Source: Gracilinanus agilis (taxonomy: Eukaryota). From it: a stretch of DNA of 64,000 nucleotides. The stretch covers positions 249,595,832 to 249,659,831 of the forward strand of contig NC_058133.1 of assembly GCF_016433145.1 (NCBI RefSeq). The letters run 5' to 3'. Of this stretch, positions 23,961 through 33,996 are shown piece after piece. A program made the translations under genes and the position numbers. The notes below the pieces were generated by a model, which was given only the letters and a program-made list of their open reading frames with translations, was not told where the DNA came from and made no database searches. The number at the start of each line of letters is the position of its first letter. Position 1 is the first letter of the stretch.

Positions 23961-26400
23961 TATCTGGCTAAAGCTTTCACACGGAATGAGGGTTATGACA
24001 GTCAGCTCGAGGGATAATACTGGGCATTGCCCTGGTGGGGGCCAGGTAGAAGGAGCCATAGAACAAGATACTGCGGCCCCTGCCATCATGAAGTTTGCAG
24101 GCCACTTGGGTTAGGTAAGCAGGTAATTAATTATAATACCGGGCTGGATGTGAGTGGTTTATGAGAGAGAAAATTAAAGATCGGAGACAGGATTGTCAGG
24201 TTTGGAGAGACTTCAAGGAGTAGGTGAAGTTCGAGGGTAGGATTACTAGCAACGTAAGCCCCTACACCACCTTTCCTCCCTTCCCCCATAATAATAATTA
24301 TCATTATTATACGGGGTTTGGTGATTGAGATGCATGTTTGTTGTTTGGTGCAATGAGTTAAGTACTTCTCTGTTGAGAGAGCTAGATGTGAATGACTTCG
24401 AGTGGCTTGTGAGGTAGATAAAAGGCTGATTAAAGTGGAGTTGGGGGAATGGAAGTGTAGAACTATTTTGGCAGTCAGGCAGATTCCTTCAGCATAATAG
24501 AATTTGTGACAATCATAATAGCTGACTTATGTAACTTTTAAGGATTACAAATGTGAGTTTAGTAAAATGAGATATTTGTATAACACTTTGCAGACCACTA
24601 TATAAATGCTGGGTATTATTATCACACAGACACCCTTTTGGTAGGTGCTACAAGAAGTATTATCAGATTCCAGACAATTGGAGGTCAATTCATGAGATGC
24701 ATGAATAGAAGTGAATCCAATATTGATGAGTTCTAATATCTGAACATGAAGGGACTTGAATAAAATTGGGTTCTTGAGAAGGTATCAATCTTAGGTTTGG
24801 AGGTAATTGGGGTAATCCCAGTAACTTTTTGGACCAAGTAGGAAAAATAGAGATACATGAGAGACATGATTAGAGAACCCAGAGGAAATACTCTTTCATA
24901 TTAAATAACTTTTTTCCCCAAATCCTTTGTTATGGAGAATTTATCAAGAGAAATGTTGGTATCTAGGGGAAAAGGTATTAAAAGGTATCCTATTATTATA
25001 GGATCAATAGAATATTAGAACTAGGAGACTTAAAAATAGTCCAGTTCCCCTCATTTTACAGATCAGAAAACTGAGGCCCACAGAAAGTGTCACTTAACAC
25101 AGGCCACATAGCTAGTTTGGGGCAGAACTTTGGTTAGAAGCCAGGTCTTGACTCCTAGTCCAGTACACTACTTTGCTTTGGGGAGAGTGATGATTTCAAG
25201 ATCCTAGGAGCAAGATCCTTTGATCACCCAGGTGAAAAGTCTGTATTCATATCAATGTGTAGTAAATTTATAATAATAGTTATAGATAAAGGAGGAGAGT
25301 GATTATAAATGTGGAGAAGAGATTGAACAGCCCAGCTCCGGAATAGAGTGAAGTCTGATAGCAGGGAGCAAATAATTTCTAGGGTCCTTTAGGCCTGATA
25401 AGGGAAAGCCAGATACCTTAGGGCCAGATTCCTGAGATGTATGGAAGAACAGTATCATACTGTACTATTTCCAGGGTGGGAGTGATGGAGGGAAAAACTG
25501 GACACTTAGTTTTTAGGAACCAGGCCAAAAATTAGGCAGATGGCAACGAGTCCCGGGTAAATAACAGAGAGACAAATTTGAGAGGTAAGGGATATCTTCC
25601 ATGGGTACTAGAGCTGAGAGCTTTTGTCAAACAGTATTAAATATGAAGTAGAGCCAAAATTCCTTTTTGGCCTTGCACCTGAAGGAGATTCACATTGTTT
25701 TGAATTTATGATAAAGGAATAGAAGTAAGGGACTTAGATCGACATAGTATCCAAGACCCTAAATCTTTCCTACAAGCCTTTGGTTTCTTTTCTCCAAACC
25801 TTTCTAACACACTTTAACTTAGCTTAGCCCCCCAATACTTGTCTTCTTCCACATACTTAAGTAGCATCAGTTCCTACTTTCTGCTCCCTACTGCTAAATC
25901 TCTCCATCAGGACTCACTTCACTTCCAGCTAGAATATTCCATATCATTGGATCTTTTTCTAGAACTGTCTTATTGCTTTGTCTGCCCTTTGCTTTGGTTT
26001 TCTTATCTTGTACCTTTATCTATGTCCCATAACCTTTGTTTGCCACAGTAACCAAGTTTGGGGGGCGGTGTTGTCGTTTGCATTTGGAAGACGAGGAAGC
26101 AAACATCTTTGTTAGTTTCATAGGAACCAGGTGTCCAGCTTTCTACACCCTGGAATTTTATGACCACTTGAGGAAATTTGGGATACAATTTAGAGGCAGT
26201 GATGATAGAACTTCAAGATCTGAAAATAGCGTGGTACATTGAGGGAGGAAAACAATTGCCACCTGGGTCCTTTAGCTGGTCACTCATTTCCCCCAATTCT
26301 TTCTCTTCAGGAATGCCTGGCTTTGGCTTGGGGTAGGGAGGGGGTGAAGAGTGAGCAGGGCTGGGACAGGACGGTTGCATGTCCTAGGCCGACTGCCAAA

Positions 26401-26415
26401 AGAACAAGATGTTCT
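26401..26415. promoter_or_regulatory. Perfect palindromic glucocorticoid response element upstream of PER1 promoter 1B
   Basis: AGAACAagaTGTTCT, about 2.1 kb upstream of exon 1B. Mammalian PER1 is a known direct GR target with an upstream GRE. Confidence 0.85.
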
Positions 26416-26536
26416 CACTGCCCTGGCCACCACCCTCCTACTGGCTGCCTCCCAAACCACTGCTTCTACTGACTTCCAGGCTCCCTGTCCCACATTCTCC
26501 AAGCCACTTTGCCCCGCCTGCAACCTGCCTTTGCTT

Positions 26537-26544
26537 TGACGTCA
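26537..26544. promoter_or_regulatory. PER1 cAMP response element
   Basis: GCTTTGACGTCAC context resembles the light-induction CRE of rodent Per1. Adjacent GC box and half-CRE TGACG. Confidence 0.85.
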
Positions 26545-27810
26545 CTCCGGTTACCCGCCCCTTTTTCTTCCATTGACGGCAGCGGGGCTCTGTTACAGTG
26601 GGAACAATGAACAGAAGCAAACTGGGCAAGAGGGAGGAAATGTGGAGGAGGGCAAGGAGGGAGGAAGAGAAGGAGAAGGAATAAGCATTTATATATCCCA
26701 GGCACTGTTCTAAGCACTTTACAAATATGAGCTCATTTGATAAGGACCAAATGGTTGGGCCACTGAGGGGGCTCTTATAGGGGAGAGAGAGTAGAAATCC
26801 AGAATCTGGAAGGTATTAAGGACTCCTAAAACCCAAATTGCTGAGGAGAGCTAGACACTTGGATTGGGATAGAAATACTGGGGTCCCCAGAGAAAAGAGG
26901 AGTTAGTCAAGAGGAGCAGTAAGGGGAAGTGGTATTGGAATATTAAGCATTTCTTTAAGAGGAGATCAAACTTCCAGGAGTCTGAGTTCTCTTTGTTCCC
27001 TTCTGATTCATACGGTTATTTCATAACTTCTGAGCCCTAGTTTTTTCTAAGAGCCCTAAAGACTCCTGTATTCCCCCGCCTCCCATTATAAAAAGGAAAC
27101 CATTGTTAAGGAAAGCTCAGCACATGTGACAGGGAGGGAGCAATGCATCCCATGCCTGATTATGTCAGTAGCTCTGGGGCCTTCACATACGGCTGTGTTT
27201 CTAGAGAACTAGGTGGGGTAAAGCCTTTTAGTCCTGAAAAGCAGATTTCCTAGCACTTGTACTTCTATTTCCATCCCTGTCTCTCCACCTCCAAAATCTC
27301 ACAATCTTTCAAATCTTGAATTTATTCCTAGTACACATTCTTAAAAAAAAAAGTTCTCTATTTCTAACATCCAGACTTCTGATCACTTTTTTTCTTGAGT
27401 CTCTTGCTTTTGTAACTTCAGGGACCCTGATGTGTATTTCCCCTGGCTTCTCCCTTCATTTTTAAAAAATTAAATTTTATTGATATCTTTTTGTTTCCTA
27501 TGTATTTTGTATTCCTTTCCCTCCCTCCCAGAAAGCTATTTCATGTAGCAAAGAGTATTTCTAAAAAGTAGATGAGAAAAAACAAATCAGTAAAACCAAT
27601 CAATACCTTTTAAAAAATCCGAAAAGATGCAATGAGTGCTTTTCACTTCCTGAACACTTTTCAGTCCTCATTCACTCTCTCTGCTCCAGAGGCTCTTCTG
27701 GCTTATTTCACAGCCTGCTCTTAATCTCCCAGGCTGCTTAATCTTAATGTAGTGTCCTGGAGAACCGCAGAACTGGAGTCAGTGTGGGCGTCTGGAGAGA
27801 CCTTTTCTCT

Positions 27811-27975
27811 GATTGGCCATTGGGACACTTGCCTTTGGTTGTGGGGGTGAAGGACACTTTTTTTACCACTATATTCTGATTGGTTTTAGGTACCCTCACC
27901 ATTCACCTTTCCCCCCTCCCACACTATATGTCAGACCTCGATTGGTTCCAGCTGCCCTTTTCTACTCTTGATTGG
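27811..27975 (-). promoter_or_regulatory. Array of reverse CCAAT boxes (NF-Y candidate)
   Basis: ATTGG at 27812, 27819, 27879, 27941 and 27971, four of them as GATTGG. Confidence 0.5.
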
Positions 27976-28379
27976 TCAGAGATGCCCCTTACATTGTATC
28001 TTCTCTGCCCATGACTAAATACCTGAGTGGATGTGACTCCCGGGATTTAGCTAGGGTTAATCTCTCCTCCAGACCTCTCTAGTTCACTGGCCCCAGGTGT
28101 CTGAGGGGCTGGAAGTGGTAGTTGAAATCTCCGGAAGATGACAGCCTTATTAGCATAACAAGAGTTGTATTCTCCCCTAAATTCCCCTCAATCTTTTCCA
28201 ACTCTGAATATCTATTCCCCTTCCCTTTTACCTTTTTCAGGATCAAGGCTTATCACTAATCTTACAAAGGCACTGGCACACACACATACACATACATGCC
28301 ATCCTTCTCTGCCTTGCTTTATAAAACTATACATTATCCCAATGAACCCATTGGCTGCCTAATCCTTCTGGGCCCTTCC

Positions 28380-28560
28380 GCCCAAGTGCCAGCACCCAGG
28401 TCCACGTGCAGCCGTGTGTGTAACAGTCCTGACCTCAGTAGGGATGCCTGGCCAACCAGGCACCTTGCCGGAATCCTCAGCCAATCAGAGGTAGGGCTTA
28501 CGCATCAGCGGGCAAGAAGCCAATGATGGCCAAAGCCTGTCATTATGCAACCCACCTCCC
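28380..28560 (+). promoter_or_regulatory. PER1: PER1 proximal promoter (1B)
   Basis: E-box GTCCACGTGCAG (core 28403-28408), CCAAT at 28481 and 28520, D-box/PAR-bZIP-like ATTATGCAAC at 28542-28551. The arrangement resembles the rodent Per1 proximal promoter. Confidence 0.88.
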
Positions 28561-28716
28561 TGCTTTTAGAGAAGTTCTTCCCCAGGCGGCAGGGAAAAAG
28601 ACTGGGAAGGTAGGGGTACTAGACTCGCCCAGCAGAACCCTTGCATCCTTCTTTGGGACCTCTTTTCCCAGGCTTCTGCCAGGAACCTCTTCGAATCCAG
28701 GATTTCTACCTTACAA
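28560..28716 (+). other. PER1: PER1 non-coding exon 1B (start approximate)
   Basis: Follows promoter 1B, contains no ATG, and ends at donor CAA|GTAAGT (28717). Confidence 0.65.
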
Positions 28717-29265
28717 GTAAGTCCTGTTTTTTCTAACCCTTCTCTGAACCCAAATATCCCCTTCCCCAATCCCTGGCAAGCTTCCTTCCAGCCTCCTTTT
28801 CCCCACCAGAACTCATGCATGACTGATCTATACTTAGCCCTAAGCATCCCTTCCTCCAGTACTATACTCTGACCCTGATGATTCCCCAGATATGCCTGCT
28901 AGACTTTAAGACCATGATATCCATTACCCTCCAGCATCAGTTTTTAACAGTTATAACTCCTTTTCTTCAGGAATTGTCTCTATCCCCAACTGACTTCTTG
29001 ATTTTCTCTCCTATATCCCTCCTCCACCCCCTAGCCATCTTTTTGATGATCCTTGTTACCCTGGAGAAAACCCCTTTATCCCAGGCTTACAAATGCTCTT
29101 CCTATCAGAGTCCCAACTTTTTTTAGGACCCTCAGAAGTAGTGTTCCTCCACTGGATTCTTCCCTTCTGTACCCTGGCTTTGTTACCACACCAGGAACTC
29201 CCTTTGGCAGTTTCTCCCCCATCCCTGGCCCAGTGCCGGGTGTGATGTCAGCCCAGGCTAAGGCT

Positions 29266-29280
29266 AGAACATCCCGTTCC
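29266..29280. promoter_or_regulatory. Intronic GRE in PER1 intron 1
   Basis: AGAACAtccCGTTCC, a near-palindromic GRE about 0.55 kb past the exon 1B donor. An intronic GR site is known in eutherian PER1. Confidence 0.7.
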
Positions 29281-30499
29281 CAGACCTAGTTCTTGCTGTT
29301 GGCTGCAGCTTTCTTCCTTCTCCTGGCTCTGGTTTCGAAAATACTTGAGGTTGAGAGAGAATCATGATTAGAAGGGGAAAGGGAGGGGTGGGATGGGCAG
29401 AGAGGAAGGATAGAAAAACAAATGGATGTTTGCTATATTTCTCCCCACCCTAGAGTTAGTAAAATTTAGTGTCTTGGTTTTCAAAAAAGGTGGAGAAAAG
29501 GAAGAGGGGAAATACATAGAGGCTAAGGATATAGGAGCTGGATTTCTAGGAGAAATAGGAAAAGAAAATAGCCACTAACACATGGTTGTTTGGAGTTGAG
29601 AATCTTGTTGGGGAAGGGATATGGGGTATCTTCAGGTAGTGACTTGGCTGAGTTTCTTGGTACCCAAACATCTACCCTATCCCTTCTTCCTTCTCTCCTT
29701 CCCTTCAACCCCCATTATTTCTCCTTTTTAGAAACTCAGGCAATACTATCTATCCTAGCTCTTACTCCCCATTTGAAATAGGATGTCCTGAAGTGGTTTA
29801 GGGATGTGGGAGGTAAGGGTTGTGTACAAAGTCCTAACTGTTGGTTAGGAATGCTTTGGGGTTTTATCCAAGGCTGTATTTGGATCACATCTCCCACTCA
29901 TATTTCTATCCCTTCACATGTTTGGCAGCAGGAGGGCATGGGTTGAGGTGTGATTCCCATCTAGCCCACAAAATGGGAGGAAAGAGGTAAAAGCAATCAC
30001 CCTGTTCTTCCTCCTCCCTTCCCTCTTCCATTCCTTCCTTAGGGCCTCTGGGTTCCTCCAGCAACCGATGAGCTCAGCCACTGACGTAGGTTGCCCTGGC
30101 TACAATAGGCCTTTGGCTGAAGTATGTGGTTGTGGTGTACGCATGTGCAGTAGAGGTGGCCCTTCTTCCAGCCCCACCCCCCCAATCTCCTTCCCTCTCC
30201 CAAGATAAAATTAGCCCCAAAGTCCTAAATATAGGAGCTATTCTCCCAGATTCACTCTCCTTTCAAATAAAGGTGGATTCTTCTCCATAGATGACTTTGT
30301 GATTGGGTTAATACCTTAATGAGAATTATGGGGAGATGCTCACATTCAACTTCCTCAGCTGTGCCAGGCTTGCTGACTCAGAAAACTCAGAAGGGATCAT
30401 AGGATTCCTGATCTAGAGCTGGAAGGGACCTCAGTGATCATCTAGTCCAACTCCCTCATTTGACAAACAAGGAAACTAAGGCCCAAGGAGGTTAATTGA

Positions 30500-31560
30500 C
30501 TTGCTGTAAGTTAGTGAAATATTTAGTAAATGCCTGCTATCTGCCAGGGATACAAAGAAAAGCAAAAACAATCCTTGTGCTTCAGGAACTCACAATCTAA
30601 TGTGAGAGACACCCTGTAAATGACTGGGTAGATAAAAGAGATATACTAAGTAGATCAAAGGTAATATGAGTAGGAAGGAGAAGCCTCCTTCCAAAGGGAA
30701 GATTGAGCTGAGCCTTGAAGGAGGTCAGGGAAACTATGAGGAAGAGGTGAAGGAGAGCATTCTAGAAATGAAGGACACCTAGTGCATTGGGTCAGGAGAT
30801 GGAATTTCCCTTGCAAGAAACAGTAAGTAGGCCAGGGTAGCTGGATCCTAGGGAGGAGTAAAGAAGACTAGAAAGGTAGGAAGACTAGCCTTTGAAGAGT
30901 TTTAAATGTTGAATGTAGGAATTTATATTTGTTTCTGGAGGTAATAGGGAGGGAAGGGTTTGGGGGTGGCATGGGATGACATAGTCAGACCCGGAATAGG
31001 GAGAGACATGAAACAACTGGAGTGGTTCAGATAGCTAGGATGAGTGTGACTGTTGAATGAGTGGAGAAAAGGGAACATATATCTGAGATATAGTGAAGAA
31101 AAAGATTTAGCAACAGATTGGATGTGGGGGGTAAATGTGAGCGAGCAGTTGAGAGTGATTATGAGGGTTGTGAGCCTGGGTGATTGATTGGTAGGATGGT
31201 AGTGCCCTTGGCACCAAGATCAAGATTGAAAAGAAGGAAAGATTTGGAGAGAAAGACATCCAGGTTTAAATGTTAAGAAATTTTGGGATTCCTGCAAGAC
31301 ATTCGGGATGTCCAAAAAGCAGTGGATGGCTGGAGTTTAAGAAAGAGACAGGATATATGGATCTGAGAATCATTTGAAGAGAGATGATACTTATGGGAAC
31401 AGATGAGATCTCCAAAAAAGAGGAAGACAGGTTGCTGAAGGATATGGGTGATCTTTGGGAGTAACCTGGAGAGTGGTCAGAGAAGTCAGAGAGAACCAGG
31501 GGAGAGCAATGTCAGGAAGACCTGGAGGAGAGAATACCTCTCCAGTGTCAGTGTCAGCAG
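30500..31560 (-). mobile_element. L2 LINE fragment in PER1 intron 1
   Basis: Purine-rich antisense L2 signature, e.g. CAGGAACTCACAATCTAA, GAGCTGAGCCTTGAAGGA, CAACAGATTGGATGTGGGG. Confidence 0.6.
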
Positions 31561-32572
31561 ATGCAGAGAATGAAGAAGTAAGAGATATGTTGTTCAGTTA
31601 AAAGGTCACACAGAGAAGATGAATCTCAATCTAGTTCCTCCTCCAACTTCAGAGCCACTTTGCACTGTGCATGCAGACTCCTCTCTAACCCCTTGAATCC
31701 ACCAGCTTTTGGCTTCCCTACTCTGTGTCCCTTCAGTCTCCATCTGTTTTAGAAAAAAGTTTCTCAAGCATTACTGGAAATCAAGAGGGGAAGAATGTCA
31801 CATTTGTATAGTACTTTAAGGTTTATAAAAGAATTATATAGTGAAAATTGTTATTACATGTAATTAGAAAAATGAAATATTAAAAAAACCAAAAATTATA
31901 GATAGTATCATCTTTCTTAAGTCACTAATTAATATAATAGTTTTATCTAGTCCTGGATTTGGAGTCAGAAGACCTGGGTTCAGATACCTGCTCAGTTTAC
32001 TAGTGGCACAATCTTGGGCACACTGTTTTATCTCTTATTCTCTACTTCCTTATCCATAAAATGAGGGTATTGAATTAACACTCTATTTCTTCCAGCCCTA
32101 AAGCCTTTATCCATGATGAACATGTATATGTTTAGGGAAGAACCTTCCTTGGAGGCCAGAGCAGCGTCTGTTGCTATATCAGTAAAGGAAATAGAGTCAA
32201 AGAGGAGAAACTAAGAACTTGGACCCTAGGTTCATTGAGAGGAATAGAACCTATGTGGCCTGCAGGCAGCTCCCCAGAGTCTGTGATAGTGGTGGGAAGA
32301 ATGCTCAACTGCCAGAGTAGATGTAGAACAGAAAAAGCCAAGTGCTAGAGGGTGAGAAGTCTTCTTTTTCTCCTTTTCCCCTTCTTTCTCCATCCTCCAG
32401 GTTCCAGCAGTGATCCCTCCCCACAGTCCTCATTGACTTCACCTTTTGCTACTTCTTCCCTTCCCTCTCCCCAGCCAAGAAAACTCCTGCCCCAGGGGCC
32501 TTGTTGTATTCCCTCGTGGTGGCCTCTCCCCCTTCACTGATTTTCTCCCCCTGTCCTCCCCATGGTACCACC

Positions 32573-33956
32573 ATGAATGGCACTGTTGAGGGAGGCAATG
32601 GGGCAGGGGGCCCAGGCCCTGGGCCTGGTGAACGGTTTGATTCAGGGGGATCCCAATCCCCTGGGCCCCCAGAACACAGACCCTGCCCTGGTCCTGGCCT
32701 AGCGGATGATACAGATGCGAACAGCAACGGTTCAAGTGGCAATGAGTCCAATGGACCGGAGTCCCAGGGTACTTCTCAGCATAGTTCTCACAGCTCTTCT
32801 TCTGGCCATGGGAAAGACTCTGCCCTGCTGGAGACCACAGAGAGCACCAAGAGGTAAGAGGAAGGAGAATGGGGTGATGGAACCTAGGAAGGAGAGATGT
32901 GATTTAATGGTTATGGAGGTGGCTTAGGGACTTGAAAAAATCAGAGAAGCTTAGGAAAATAGAATCAAATTCCTTGGGAGAGGGCAGAAGCTGGCCTTTG
33001 CTAGGTTCTTGAGATATCAGGATGCCACCTATTCTGTACCATGTGCTATTGAGTGACTAAACTCTTATTTCTGTGATTATTTTTTTTTCCAGCACCAACT
33101 CTCAGAGCCCATCCCCTCCAAGCAGCTCTATTGCCTATAGCCTCCTGAGTGCCAGCTCTGAGCAGGACAATCCATCCACCAGTGGCTGCAGGTAATGGTG
33201 GAGACAGGGATTAAATATTCCTGGGCCCGGAGAACAGTTGCCAGAAGGAAGAGCTTTATATTTACTCCTGGAGGAAGCAGGGTATGAATACTACCTAGGA
33301 GCTGATATTTCTTACTACCTTTCCCCCTTGCCTCTGCAGCAGTGAACAGTCAGCCCGGGCACGAACTCAGAAGGAGCTAATGACTGCCCTCCGAGAGCTG
33401 AAACGTAGACTTCCACCAGAACGCAGAGGGAAAGGCCGATCAGGAACTTTGGCCACCCTACAATATGCACTTGCCTGTGTTAAACAAGTCCAGGGTGAGC
33501 TACAACTTGGGGAGTATTAATGCTAGACTATAGAGAAACAATTGCATTGGCAAAAAGTCTAAGGCCTTGGAAAGGAGTAGGCTACATAGAAGGAAGAGAA
33601 GAATGGGCTCAAGAGGAGTAGAAGGAAGGAGGTAGATGCAAGGGACAAGGGAATCAATAGCTAGGCTAGGACGAAGATACGTAGCACAGTGGATAGAGCA
33701 CCAGACCTGGAATCAGGAGGACTTGGATTCAAATCTGTGCTCAGGTACTTCTTATCTGTGTGTTTCTTGATTGCTGTTCTTCTGTCTTAGAATTGATACT
33801 AAGATAGAAGGTTAAGGATTTGAAAAAAATAAATTAAAAACAAAAACAAATACAATTAAATTAAAATAATTAAAAATAAAAAAACAAGTAGCGAAGCTAG
33901 GTATGGAATAGAAGAGGCCAGCAGGATTCAAGGGGACAGTGTCTCGTGCAAAATAA

Positions 33957-33996
<40 letters not shown>

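Noticed and set aside
23030-24089. Several ORFs of 70-161 aa in the PER1 distal promoter island
   Set aside because: CpG-island artefacts with no homology and no exon structure supporting coding.
4128-32400. VAMP2-PER1 read-through or fusion transcript
   Set aside because: Co-orientation allows it, but nothing in the sequence demonstrates it. VAMP2 has a strong tandem AATAAA and the spacer is long.
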